Source of the DNA: the human T2T-CHM13v2.0 reference genome, Homo sapiens
Assembly: GCF_009914755.1 (NCBI RefSeq)
Contig: NC_060942.1
Reading direction: 5' to 3' (one strand)
Length of the DNA: 64,000 nt
Position numbers and translations under genes: made by a program
Shown here: positions 43,840 to 57,596 of the stretch, one piece after another
Layout: each line of letters starts with the position of its first letter
Position numbering within the stretch: the stretch's first letter is position 1
The notes under the pieces: model-generated
Told to the model about the DNA's origin: nothing
The model's input: only the letters and a program-made list of their open reading frames with translations
Databases searched by the model: none

Positions 43840-44655
43840 TATACCCTAGTTTACTTTTATGTCTATTTAAGGTCCACAGAGAGTGTATTAAAAATATAAG
43901 CCCAGTCCTCACTTCTGGATGGCTGTGAATAATAAAACATAACCTATTCTTCTTTATGTTTTTTTTTAAGTTCAACCAATTTTTACATAAACAAAAGTGA
44001 TTTATTGCCTTTAACCAAAAGTCTGTATTTTGGCAGGAATATTGAGTTCATCATTGTACAGTTCTAACCCATGAGTGCCTGCTTACTATGCCTGAAATAT
44101 TCTCTTGCATTTTCTGCCTGTCACAGATGACTCTTTGTGGTCAGCAGGCAAAAAAGAACACAAGATACTTAGCTGGTGAGGTAACATGTTGATTTTAGCT
44201 TTGACCTTTTAAACCTCAGTTAGTTTTTATTATTTGGTTTGTTCAGGAATGAGGCTAACATTCTTGATGACCATTCATTCAGTGGTCAGCTAGGGCAATA
44301 ACATTGATGCTCCTGTAATTGCCAAACAATGGAAAGGAAGTGATGAAGAATACTCATGGCTGGAATTTAGGCAGCTAGGGGAGGAAGGTACAGTTTGGAA
44401 ATGATGGCTACTTGGTTCGTGTTAGCACAAGAGTCAGGCAAGAGAGCATTTAGGGAGAAATTAGAGGAATAAGATTGCATGTGTCAGTCCAGGATAACAT
44501 AGTCTAGATAAACTTTGTGTCTCCAGTCCTAATTATTAACTTAATGCCTTTCCATTATCTCTTTGGCTTGGAATCATGGTTATTTCCATGGAAAATGGGC
44601 TAAAATATCAGGGCATAAATAAGGAGAGTCTATATGTGTTATCCTGATAGGGTGG

Positions 44656-47047
44656 TATGTTAGTTTATTCTTGCATTGCTATAAAGAACTACCTGAAACT
44701 AGATAGTTCATATTTTAAAAAGGTTTAATTGATTCACAGTTCTGCAGGCTATATAGGAAGCACAGCTTGGAAGGGCTCAGGAAACTTACAATCATGGCAG
44801 AAGTTGAAGGGGAAGCAGGCATGTCTTATATGGCCAGAGAAGGAGGAAGAAAGGGAGGGGAGAGGTTCCATACACTTTTAAGCAAACAGATTGTGTGAGA
44901 ACTCACTCACTATCATGAGAACAGCAAGGGAGAAGTCCACCCTTGTGATCTACATTACCTCCCACCACACCCCCTCTTCAACACCGGGGATCACAATTTG
45001 ACATGAGATTTGACTAGGGACACAAATTCAAACCGTATATTTGCAACCCTGCCTGTTCCCAAATCTCATGCCCTTCTCACATTGCAAAATGCAATCAACT
45101 ATTCTCAACAGTCCCCCAAGTCTTAACTCATCTCATTATCAGTATTAACACAGAAGTCCACAGTCCAAATTCTCATCTGAGACAAGGCAAGTCCCTTCTG
45201 CCTGTGAGACTGTAAAAACCAAAAACAAGTTAATACTTCCAAGATACAATGAAGATATGGGGATTGGCTAAATACTCCCATTCCAAAAGGCAGAAGTAGG
45301 CCAAAACAAAGGGCTACAAACCCCATGCAAGTCTGGAACCAAGCAAGGCAGTCATTAAATACTAAAGATCCAAAATAATCTCATTTGACTCCATGTCTCA
45401 CACCCATGTCACACTGTTGCAAGGGGTGGGCTCTCAAGGACTTTTGCAGCTCTGTCCCTGTGGCTCTGCAGGGTACAGCCCCTGCAGCTGCTTTAAAAGG
45501 CTGGCATTTAGTGCCTGTGGCTTTTCCAGGTACATGGTGCAAGCTGTAGGTAGATCTATCATTTTGGGGTCTGGAGGATGGTGACCCTCTTCTCACAGCT
45601 CCACTAGGCAATTCTCTAGTGGGGACTTTGTGTTGGGGCTTCAACCCTACATTTTTCCTTCACACTGCCCTAGTAGAGGTTCTCCATGAGGGCTCCATCC
45701 CTGCCGCAGACTTCTGCATGGACATCCAAGTTTTTCCTTTCATCATTTGAAATCTAAGTGGAAGCTCCCAAGCATCAACTTTTGCCTTCTGCCTGCTCAC
45801 AGGCTTAACACCACATGAAGGCTGCCTAGGCTTATGGTTTGCACCCTCTGGAGAAGAAGCCTGAGGCATATCTGGGGCCCTTTTAGTCACAGCTAGAGTT
45901 GGAGCAGCTGGGCTACAGAGACCAGTGTCCTGAAGTTGCATAGGGCAGCAGGGCTATAGGCCTGGTCCTGGAAACCATTCTTCCCTCCTAGGCCTCCAGG
46001 CCTGTGATGGGAGGAGCTGCCACAAAGTTCTCTGAAATGCTTTCAAGGCATTTTCCCCATTTTCTTGGCTATTAACATTCAGCTCCCCTTTACTTATGCA
46101 AATTTCTGAAGTGATTTGAATTCCTCTCCCAAAAATGGGGAGAGGAAATCTACATGGTCAGGCTAAAAATTTCCTAAGCTTTTATTCCCTGCTTCCCTTT
46201 GAAATATAAGTTCCAGTTTTAGATAATCTCTTTGCTCATATATATGACCATACATGAAGGAATCAGGCCAAATCTTGAATGCTTGCTGTTTAGAAATTTT
46301 TTTCTACCTGCTACCCTAAATCACCACTCTCAAGTTCAAAGTTCCACAGATCTCTTGAGCAGGAACAGAGTGCCACCAGTCTCTTTGCTAAAGCTTAGCA
46401 AAAGTTTCTTTTACTCCAGTTCCCAATAAGTTCCTTATATCCATCTGAGAACACCTCAGCCTGGACTTCAATGTCCATGTCACTATCGCACTTTGGTCAC
46501 AACAATTTAACAAGTCTCTAGGAAGTTCCAAACTTACCCTCATATTCTTGTCTTCTTCTGAGCCCTCCTAACTGTTCAAACCTCTACCCATTACCCAGTT
46601 CCAAAGTTGCTTTCACATTTACAGTTATCTTTATAGCAATGCCCCACTTTCCAATACAAATTTTCTGTATTAGTCAGTTCTCACATTGCTATAAAGATAC
46701 CTGAGAATGAGTAATTTATAAAGAAAAGAGGTTTAATTGACTCACAGTTCTGCAGGCTGTATAGGAAGCACAGCTTGGGAGGCCTCAGGAAATTTACAAT
46801 CATGGCAGAAGGTGAAGGGGAAGTAAGCATGTCTTACATGGCCAGAGAAGGAGGAAGAGAGAGAGGGGAGAGGTGCCACACACTTTTAAGCAACAAAATC
46901 TTGTGAGAACTCACTCACTATCATGAGAACAGCAAGGAGGATATCTGCCCCCATGATCCAATTACCTCCCATGAGCCCCCTCCTCCAATATTGAGGATTA
47001 CAATTCCAAATGCGATTTGGGCAGGAGCACAAATTCAAACTATATCA
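44656..47047 (-). mobile_element. Full-length MaLR provirus (MSTA-like): LTR 44656-~45040, internal region, LTR 46666-47047
   Basis: Two similar LTRs around a ~1.6-kb internal region. Perfect TSD GGTGG at 44651-44655 and 47048-47052. Confidence 0.93.
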
Positions 47048-47619
47048 GGTGGCCAACTTGTTCCTGTTTGTCTATAAAAATGGAAAATCTTTATTTTCCC
47101 ATTTTAGAACTGGAAACACCTTGTCCTGGAAATGCTTTCCATTCCCAGGAAAACAGGAACAGTTGATAACCTACATACTGAGCATTCAGATCACATTCCC
47201 ATAGTAAGTGTATGTGTGTGTGTGTGTTTGTGTGTGTTTGTGTGCATGTGTGTACTTATTAAATCAGATTTATAAACTACTATATGACACATCCATCAAT
47301 TAACATTTTGGGGTGTACAATTGTTTAATCAGATATTATCCATCTATTTATGATTTTTCATCTTGTCAAAAAATATGTCATGAGGGGCTTGTTTTTCTGA
47401 CATCAGAATATAATAAATCAATACATCAGTTTTGCCATTGCAACAGACACATCAAAAACGACATAAATGTCATAAAATAATACTTTTTGAAAATTTGACA
47501 GAAATTAATATTAAACTCTCTGTTCAATAGAATATAGAACCTCCTAGGCCTCCAGGCCTCTTTTCAATTTACTATCATTTACTTTTTATTTTACTATCAG
47601 TTTTTTGCTTTTAAAGAAT

Positions 47620-47815
47620 ATGTGGCTTTGCAATTTAGGCAGAACTTGTCTTAAATTTTGTATCTTCCACTTGTACAAGTCATAACCTCTATTTCAAGTC
47701 ATTCTATCTTTCATTTCCTCTATAAAGTCATGCTTTTTAGAAGACTTATATTTAATTGAGATAATACATGTAAAAGGTTTGATCCATTGCATATGTTCAA
47801 TAAACATTAATTTAC
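47620..47815 (+). mobile_element. MIR
   Basis: tgtggctttgcaatttaggcagaacttg...atttaattgagataatacatgtaaaagg...ttcaataaacatta. Confidence 0.7.
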
Positions 47816-49509
47816 TTCTCCTCATTTTTTAAAAGCTAGTACTATGTTTGGCCATATCCTGTTTTATAATCTTCTCATAATTCTTTTGTAATAATTGACA
47901 GTGGTTTTGTAATAATATAGGTCAACTAGTGACATGACAGGACAGTAATTTATAAAGCAAAACTTTTATTCTCACAATACTAATTCATAAAATACTAATA
48001 ACAAATGTATCTGATTACTGTCCAATGTGAGGCTAAGGACTGAATACTATTCTGTGCTCAATGAAAATGAAAACATTTACTTGAGGTGTGAACATGCTTT
48101 TGATGAGAATAATGAGTCCTTTCTTTCATGTTCATATTAAACAATTTTTGAATATTATTTAAATACTGGTACATCTTAACAAGCTGACTCTAATTACAGT
48201 AAACTAAGTCAAGGTGCCAGCCCCTGATTGATTAATTACTTGGTTGACTTGACTGAAGTTTGTCAAAATTAACTCTCAGTATATTTGTAGAGCCAGTAAT
48301 GAAAATGAGTGCGGGATACTAAATACAAATACTAAATAAAATAAGATATTAAAGATATGTTTAGTTTATACAAACCTCTCATTTTAAAGAAGAAACAAAA
48401 AGTAAATGTTAGAAGTAACAGTTCCAAAATCACACAGAGAATTAGCAACAATTAGGACAAAAATTAAGAATCTTGGCATCTAATCAACACTGTCTCCACA
48501 ACATTTTATATTTTAAAAAAGATATTCAGGGAGGGGCTTGAAAACAATGTGTTTTTTTCCAACATTCTGAACACATAAATTTTTTTCAAGAAAATGCATT
48601 GATAGAATTTTTACTTAGATTTATATTTTGTATTCTAAAATTATTAAATACAGGGTCACTAATTAGCAGAGTGCAAGGAAACAACTACATTCCCATCGGA
48701 ACAATTCTATTGGAAGATTACTCTGCTAACTGGTTTTTAGGGGTTGTTGCCCTGGCCAATTGACTGCTAACCCCTGCAGACAGTGGTATTATGTGATAGG
48801 TATCTATTCTTACTCCTTGTCCAGTTACATTAATTGATTGATGTTGATAAATCTTTATTTAATCACATCATGAGAAATAAGAAAAATGGCCTATTTAAGA
48901 ACATCAGGATAACAGCCTTTTCCCAATGTGAACCAAGAGGATCATAACTCAAAATATCTACATTATCTTAAAAAGTGATCTTGGTAATGAATATTGTAAT
49001 TGAATTTAGTACCAATAGCCAGAAGAAAATTGTACAAATTTAGTTATTAAAGGAGATTATGTTTACATTCTCCAAGAGAGTTGTTGCAAAGTTGCAATGA
49101 TAACCAAGAAAGTACAGAGAGAAGAAAAAAGGATGCATTACTGAAATTCTCAATAGAAAAAAATAGACTAACCTGGACCTGAGAAGAACAAGATGAAGGC
49201 TGAGGGGCCCACGAGAAGGATGGTGTTGGGGGGATGTTGGGGAAATTCAGCAAAAATTGGATTTTGGGAGGCAGAGCAGGTTATTTGAAAAGGTTGGGTC
49301 ATAAGGAGTATATATTTTAGATGTGTTAAACTCTTATCACATGCAGTTACATAAACTTATATTACTGAGGTGGGAAAGTTCAGTAGACAGTATAAGTCAT
49401 GGGCATTAAGACTAAAGTAGAGAACGCAGTTGAAGCAATAGGTTCAGGAGCCATTGGCATTTGCGTGATACCATATTCCCACCATGTATCAAACCCTGTA
49501 TATTATAAT

Positions 49510-50800
49510 AAATTACCTTGTCCTGACTCCCCAGGAATTTGCTCATACTTCAGTAGATGAAACAGACAAATGAATCGGTTAAAATACAGAGTGACAAAAA
49601 TCATGGTAAAATAATATATAAATGTCCTTTGGGATCTAGAGGGAGAAATTACCTCTAATTTGGTATTAGAATGGAGGATAGAAATTTGCTCAATGCAGAA
49701 TGGTGGAAGAGCAGGCCAGGGAGAAGGCCAGAGTTGGTAAAGCCATGGAGGTGGAAAAGAAAACACAAAATTTTGAAGGACTCATTATGGATTCATCATG
49801 GATAGCAAAGGGTGAATCAAATGTACATGAACTGAAGAGATAGCCCGTAGTGCCTTGTGAAGGGTGTTGTTAGTCCTATAAAGAATTTTGAACTTGTTTT
49901 TGTTGGGGAAATCATTAAATCGTTTTCATCAGAGAAGTGACATGATGAGATTTGCATCTCAGGAAGGTCAGTTAGGCTTTATGAGAAATGAACTAGAGGG
50001 AAAAAAGCAGAAGTTAGAAAGACTAGACAAGAGACCATTGCAATATCTAGGCAGGTGATGATGATGGCTTGAAACAAGAATTTTGAGAATTATTTAGGGG
50101 GTAGAATTAGTAGACTAGGTGAACGAATGAATATAAAGACCAGGAAAGAATAATAATTCAAATCAAAAACACAGGTTGTGGCATGATGGGTTCATTCCTC
50201 GAGATAGTTGTAACAAGTATCCAAGTAAAGAAAGAAGGATGTGATCTTGAACATATTGAGTTTGAGGAACTCATGAGAATCACAACTTGTCACCTTGACA
50301 TATGAGTTTGGAACAAAGTAGAGAGGCATGAGATGAAGTAAAGACTAGGAATTATTACTAAGCTTTAGTTTTTTAGGGTTTTTTTTAAAGCCTCAAAATT
50401 AAATTAAATCTACTATGAAGAGCATGAAGAATGACGAAAGAAGTCTTCATGCAAAACCCTGAGAAACCCTAACATTATAGGCACAGGTAGAGAAAAATAA
50501 CCTGTAATGCATTTAGAGGAGGCATCTATGTAGGAAGTAAACCAGAGAAATGCGGTGGTATTAGCTTGAATGTAGATAAAGTGGATGGTTGACTCTACCT
50601 TGAGGTGGAATAATACTGGGTAGATGTAATAAAGGAAAACTGGGGCAAAAATTTAAAAATTATGGTAAGATTGTTGCAGTGATCAGAAAATGGTAACTAA
50701 GAGAGTCCAAGAAAGAAAGACATGAGGTGATAAAAAAGTGTCAAACCCCAGAAATTCTCAATAATGTCAAGATATAGGTAAAGAGAGTAACAGAGTATAA
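49510..50800 (-). mobile_element. Degraded L2; purine-rich L2-like sequence probably continues at about 51280-51900
   Basis: gtgacatgatgagatttgcat, gagaccattgcaatatctaggcaggtgatgatgatggcttg, ttgaacatattgagtttgagg. Confidence 0.75.
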
Positions 50801-50829
50801 GAAAGATAAAGATTGTGGTAAAGAGTTTT

Positions 50830-51265
50830 TTTCATATATGTACATTTAAAAATTCTACAAATAATGTATACATACATACTTATTGAAAGCAATTCAGGAC
50901 ATACAGAACTACAAAGAATGAAACATTAAAATATCTCCTTATTGTCCTCATTATTAACCTTTTTCCCAAAGAAATCACTCTTAGCAGTTTATTTATCCTT
51001 TTGGAAAATTCCTATGCATTTATACATACACATAGCTGTAAATGATTTATTTGCACAAAAATGGATTGTAATATTCTGATAAAAGTCCATTAAGATACGT
51101 TGTTAATTGACTTTTTTCATCTAACTATATGTTTTAGAAAACTTTCATATCAGCATATTTTTATCTACCTCATTTGTATAAATAATTGCATGATATCCTG
51201 TATTATGCAATGACAATAATTTAGCCATTTGCTATTGTTGGGCAATTCAGTTATGTGAGAGCCGA
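50830..51265 (-). mobile_element. Old L1 (L1ME-like) 3' UTR fragment
   Basis: cacaaaaatggattgtaatattct...tccattaagatac...catatcagcata...ctacctcattt...gctattgttgggcaattcagtt. Confidence 0.65.
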
Positions 51266-51920
51266 ATTTAAACGAAATGTTTCAGAAGTAAAATAACACT
51301 GGATGGTAGCGAAGTTTAGGGTGAGGGCAGTGGGTGGATGGCAGAAATAGGGTTGGGGAGGCACTGGTGATAAAAACACAGAGAGGAATTTACCAATTGT
51401 ACAGTGGCTTAACACAAGGGGTACTGAGGGCACCTAGGGTGAAGACAGAAATGGAGCTGGGCCAAAGGGTAGTGTGCTTTAAGCTAAAGGAAGCAATGAA
51501 GAAGGATGAATGACCAGAAGCATGGTAGGTATTAGTGATGAGGAGGTATTCAAATTATATGATTAGGTAGAAAGAGCTGCAAGATGTCTTTTTCTTTCTT
51601 ATTTTTCTTACTGAGGTCTAAATAGAAATGTTCTGGAAAAATCACTAGAGAGAGAGTAATGAGAATGATAACCATTTCTTTGACCTAGAGGCAAGGAAAA
51701 TGAAGGAGAAAAAGAAATTTTCATTTGAGATGCATTTATTACAATTTGTATCCTTCAGGCACTTCTAGATATCTGTTGAGGCCTGGAAGGGGCAAAACAA
51801 TTCAGGAAGCAGTTGAAGATAAAGGGGTTTACCATGGAAGAGAAGATCCAGGTGCCTTCATGGAAATGCTTGTGGTTGAAAAGAGATGAAGATGAGGGTC
51901 CCTGGAAAGAGGAAGAACCA

Positions 51921-52246
51921 GCCAGGTATGGTAGCTCATCCCTGTAATTCCAGCACTTTGGAAGACTGAGGCAGGAGGATCACTTGAGGTCAGGAGTTCA
52001 AGACCAGCCTGGTCAACATGGTGAAACCCTGCCTCTACTAAAAATACAAAAAAATAATAATAATAATTAGCTGGGTGTGGTGGTGGGCGTGTGTAATCCC
52101 AGCTACTCAGGAGGCTAAGGCAGGAGAATCGCTTGAACTGGGAGGCAGAGGTTGCCGTGAGCCGAGATCACGCCACTGCACTCCTGCCTGGGTGACAGAG
52201 CAAGACTCCATCTCAAAAAAACAAATTTTAAATTAAAAAAAAAGAG
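51921..52246 (+). mobile_element. AluS (Sx/Sz-like)
   Basis: Full dimer; 13-bp TSD AGAGGAAGAACCA at 51908-51920 and 52247-52259. Confidence 0.96.
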
Positions 52247-52733
52247 AGAGGAAGAACCAAGCAATGTGGAGTTGAGAGAAGAGGCAGGATATGAACAAGG
52301 GTGCTGGGAGTATATGGGAGTATGAGGTGGTAGGTTGAGACGGCCTCCTGATTTCCTCAACTTAGTCCTTCCATTGGCCAAGGAGGAATTGAGAGTGAGA
52401 GGATTCAGGCCTCTTAAGAGTTATTCATGACCTGAAGTGAGGGTGCTCATGAGAAAGTTCTGGTCACAGCAAAGAGGCTGACAATAGAAACCAGTCCCTG
52501 CAACTGCCACTTTGCACTAGAAATAGCCCCTCTCTCCCTCAGGCAGCAATGATATAGGGAGCAGTGTATCCATACCAGGGTCATCTCTGCAAGCGATTCT
52601 CCTAGTCTAGGCTCAATTTCCTCATTTTAAAATAAGTGACTACACTAAATTATATCCATAGTCAAAAATCAAAGATTCCACATATTACCCTTTAGTTCAT
52701 AAAATTTTCTTTTTTCTTTCATTTTTTTTTTAG

Positions 52734-52816
52734 GAAAATTATACCATTAGCAAGACTGGCATCAGCAAGTAGTTCGCAGTGTTGGTTGTTCTTGGTTTCG
52801 CAGGATTTTATAGGAG
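52734..52816 (+). other. Exon-like segment, 83 bp
   Basis: Very strong acceptor ttttcttttttctttcattttttttttAG|G and donor GAG|GTATGA. One frame is open (KIIPLARLASASSSQCWLFLVSQDFIG) but I do not recognise the peptide. Confidence 0.35.
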
Positions 52817-53199
52817 GTATGACATTTATTTAAAATGGATTTGTTTCTTTGTTACTCCTATTCCATGCTGGCTAGACAGCTTTCCTTGGGGTCTCTCATC
52901 TATTTCAGTGCCATTCCATTCATCACTCACAAATCATTAATTTGCCTGTGTTGTGTTACCTCCTGAGATTTTCTGTTTCTGAGTCAATAGAGTTGAGAGC
53001 TAATGTACCTTTCACAAATATTCCTGGGAAAGGGCTTGGAGCAAGAATTGAAGAGACTTTATATTTTAGTATAGCATATACCGTAATAACTCATTCCTTT
53101 TATATGAGTGTTGAAGAAGGGAACTGCCAGATTAGAAGCAAGTCCATCAAAATCATTCCTCCGTGTATTCAGTCAGACAGAGTTATGTTCAGCTGAGCT

Positions 53200-53950
53200 T
53201 AAATCATAAGCAGTGACTGAGCACCTATGATGTCCCTAGCATTGGGCTGGGATAAGATAATGGAAGGAACATGAAACATGGTTTTTCTCTCAAAATATTC
53301 ACAATTAGTTGGAGAGACCAAAAACAACCAGGTAAACAGATAAATAAGGATCGAAAGTAAATAATATTAATTGTTAATAAAAGAAAAGGTATTACAAAGC
53401 AGAACTTAATTAATGAACAAATAAATTATACAGATAGGAATTGCCATAGACTTTGAAAGAAAATTGAGATATTTCGGGCTATAATAAACAGTGAAGATTT
53501 TGAGGTAAAGTTTAGTATTAGATCTTAGTGTCTTAAGTATATAGCTTAAAGTATAGGCAGGATTTGAACATTTAAACAGAATTAGGAAGGAGATATGCAA
53601 GGTGGCTGTTTGAGAACGATCTGAACAAACACATTAGGTTGAGAAATAGCACTGCGCATTTGCAGTAGGGGACATATGAGTGGAAGCATTACGAGTTGGA
53701 GCCAGATGACGGAGGCTATGGGAGATAAGCCTGAGGGTTTTGGTTTACAAGCAGTCTTTGTTCAGGACAAGGGAAATATAACTCTGATATAGAAAGACAT
53801 TTGAGTGTCAATAAGGAATGAACAGAGCTTGAAAGTAAGAAGACCATGAGATTGATGAGAACAGAGCAAAGTCCAAGGGAATGGGCCTGAACAGATGCAG
53901 TACAGTGGGAAAAGGTGAAAGAAACCCTGGGAAGAGGAGGATTGGCTCAC
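53200..53950 (-). mobile_element. L2 fragments
   Basis: actgagcacctatgatgtccctagcattgggctggg...ctctcaaaatattcacaattag; gagcaaagtccaagggaatgggcctg. Confidence 0.65.
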
Positions 53951-53989
53951 TCACAAATGCCTATCCTCTTTCTGCATCCTATACACACT

Positions 53990-54347
53990 ATATTCAGAGC
54001 TATTGTACTAGTTGATCCCTCCACCTGCCATAATCTTTCATAGCTTTGCACAGTTTTTTTTTTTTTTTTTGGTCTTTCATGCTCTCAAAAAACTATCTAT
54101 AAAAGTGCCATACATTTTCTATCACATCCCACTGCCTTATTTTCTTCCTAAAACTTCTACTATCTTAAAGTATTTTATTCTTCATTCATTCATTTTTTGC
54201 TTGCTTATAGTAATATGGCTCCCTTGAAAAAGTGTAAGCTCTGCAAACAGAATTCTTGCCTACAAAGTTCATAACTGTAATCTGCAGCACCCAAAATAAT
54301 GGCTGGTACACAGTAGTGCTAATAAATACTTGTTGATGAAGGAATGA
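53990..54347 (+). mobile_element. L2a 3' end
   Basis: tgtaagctctgcaaacagaatt...ataactgtaatctgcagcaccc...ggctggtacacagtagtgctaataaatacttgttgatgaaggaatga. Confidence 0.8.
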
Positions 54348-55332
54348 CAGTGAGAAAAAAGGTGCAATGATGTAAGCGTCATTTCTGAAGGCTGTAATTC
54401 TCATTATTATCATATGTGTAACGTGTAATAATGAGTTTATGCTTAAAGAATTGCAAATTAAAGTTTTGATGCCAATGACTAGCCGAAAATATTACCCCTA
54501 GGGAAATTAAATGTTGCACCAAAAATATAAGAATCTTTATTCCATTAACTTAAGTGCCCATAGGAATGATAGAGAATTTCTTCAAATTTATTGAAAGAAT
54601 GCTTCAGACAGGTTCTAATATACTAGCAGCAATATCTCTAAGGTCTCCTTCCTTCCAATGCCAACACTCTTATGATTTTAAGTTACTGAATTCATAATCC
54701 AAATCAATATTCTTTTTATATAAGTACTCAGCAAGGGTAGCCACACACTTATTCCACTAAAACTTCAAATATCTGATATTTATGAATGTTACCATGGGGA
54801 ACAATATTCATAGCCTATTTCAAGAACCACATAATTAAATATATCTCATAACTTTATATGCTTCAGTTTTTGTTTAAAGTTTTATGAGAGAAATAACTAT
54901 ATTTTTAAAAAAACACACATTGAGGCACTTGTTAAGATTCAATCAAATTTCTTTAACATAATCTAACACTGTGCAGTGATAAGTCAGAAGTATAAATTGA
55001 ATTTCATGTTAAACTATGCATTTGTGATTAACTGAGGAGTGACTGAATCAAGATAAAAGTCAGTTTTATTTACATCTCTTATGCAGGTTACAAATAAAAT
55101 ATTGGATAGAAGCATATGGAACATTTCAGCATGCTTGCGTTTTAGTCTGATGAACAGTCACCAACACAACCTTATTTGGAAGAATTAGAGTTCAAGACCA
55201 TCCATACCCTCTAAGCAGGAGGGAGAAGCATAGGTTATCCTGTTTCTGCCACAGGTGGAATGACTTCCTTACCAAAGGGTAGGAAGGAGAGAACAGCATG
55301 ACTAATGTACTCCAGGTGGCTAGTAGTGATAG

Positions 55333-55662
<330 letters not shown>

Positions 55663-57596
55663 TAAGCAGAACTAATTTAGGTAGAAAAGTTAGAAACCTA
55701 ATTTTGATTGCAAAAGATTTTGTTCTTATTCATTCACTGCTATATGAAATATTTTTAGCAGAATTCAAAGCATGCCAGGGTTATGTTTAAAAGGAGACTT
55801 AAACAATCCTTTTACAGAGATAACTGTGAGCTAAATTCACAGAAAGCTGTAATCGAGTGGTATGAGCATCTCCACTAAGAGCATTGTTTGAGAAGTATGG
55901 AGGTAGGAAGAAGGATACAGGGGAGAAAGAAAGAAATAGCTCAGTAGGAAGAGAACATGGAATAAGCAAATCAGGGTTGAAAAAGGACTGTGCTTAACTT
56001 TATAATTTTGCTTCTAAAAGTCACTTTCTTTCAAAAACAAAAACAAAAAACAAAGAAAATAACTATAAGCAGTGGTTCTCTTCTCCTCTGCAAAGTTCTT
56101 CAGTCTAGCTTAAGAAAATTCCCTTGATCAGGAAATAAGTTAGATAAAAATCCCATGGGGTAAAACTATTGTGAAGTGATTATGAGCTTTCTCTCCTAAA
56201 AGGACCAGCCACCAAAACGTACAATAGCACAATCAACTCAGCCTCTGTGAGCCACATCAGGCATGTCTCAGTGGATCCAGTGTAAGTGTTTTTACTAGCA
56301 GGGGGTAAAAACGGTATTCCTTAGAAGATGAGGGTTCCACAGCCTATTTAACATAGACATGAGAAGCACTACAAGACAGAAGAAGTCTATGGCTTGACCC
56401 TATTAGATGATCTTCTGAGGTGTTTATTAATAAGTGATAGGTTGTGTTTTTTTTCAATGACAAAGCAAGGATTTTTTTCTTTTACAAGACATCAAAGGAG
56501 TTTGACTCTAATTTTCTCTGTGGAGATTTGGCTGAGAGTCTCTAGATTATGGTGATAACAACACCTAAGAGATTTATTTAAGAAGTGCCCCTTGGCCCTT
56601 CCTTCAGAGAATCCACAAATCTTTATTCAATTCTGTCAGTCTCTGGCAAGGGAAATGCCATTTAGTCCAGTGAACAATTAATAAATGGTGCTCAGTAAGT
56701 GCTAGTTGATGATAATGATAATAATGATGAGATGAAGATGATGGTAATAGACTTATCTTGATTCAAAAATAAATGTGTAATGTATATGTATATATATGTT
56801 TATGTATATATGTGTAAATATATATGTTTCAAATTCTCTTCAGCCTTGAAAATGAAGATTGCACATTTTTCTTTACCATATGTAAAGGAATGCTTTCAGT
56901 TTCTGGTTTTCTGTGTAAAAATTCTAGGAGATTTTATCATCAATGCTTGCACTTAGTTTTGATGAGCAGTCATTTCTGAGCTGAACATAAAATGCTTCAG
57001 TAAAATAAATAGAAAAAGTTATTAGTCTGTAGTTCTTGGTGCAAAAATGATTTTTCCCAAAATTGTATGGATTAGAAAAGTATGGTAAAATAGTAGATTT
57101 TTAACTCCTATCCAAGCCATAAATCTCTTCTCAATCTTTAGGATTCTGTAAACTTTAACATGTACTGAGTTTACTCTGGAATACTCACAATCACTTACTC
57201 TCCTCCAAGCTCTCTCAGCCACGAATAAGATAGACAGATTTGATGTGTGGTTGGGAAATTTCCTCTTATAGGATGGAGTTGTGCAGGCAAGAAATAACTC
57301 TTAAGACAGTCTGGGGAATGAGTCTAAAACATGGGCCGACAGAGGGTAATGTGAGATTGTATAGGGGGATGTTTGAGGGCATAATAAATAAAGCAAGAGT
57401 GATGCACAGACATATTTTTGTCCTAGGAAAACAATGTAAATTTAGTAAAAATATGTTCAATATTTATTCCAATATATCTTACAATAAACCAAGAGAAATA
57501 CAAAATTTGATGTCTTGTAGTTAAAGAGTAAACAATAAGGACTCTGCAATTTTCATCTCCTTCAGTCAGCCTGTATAATAGGTAGAGCTATTACCA

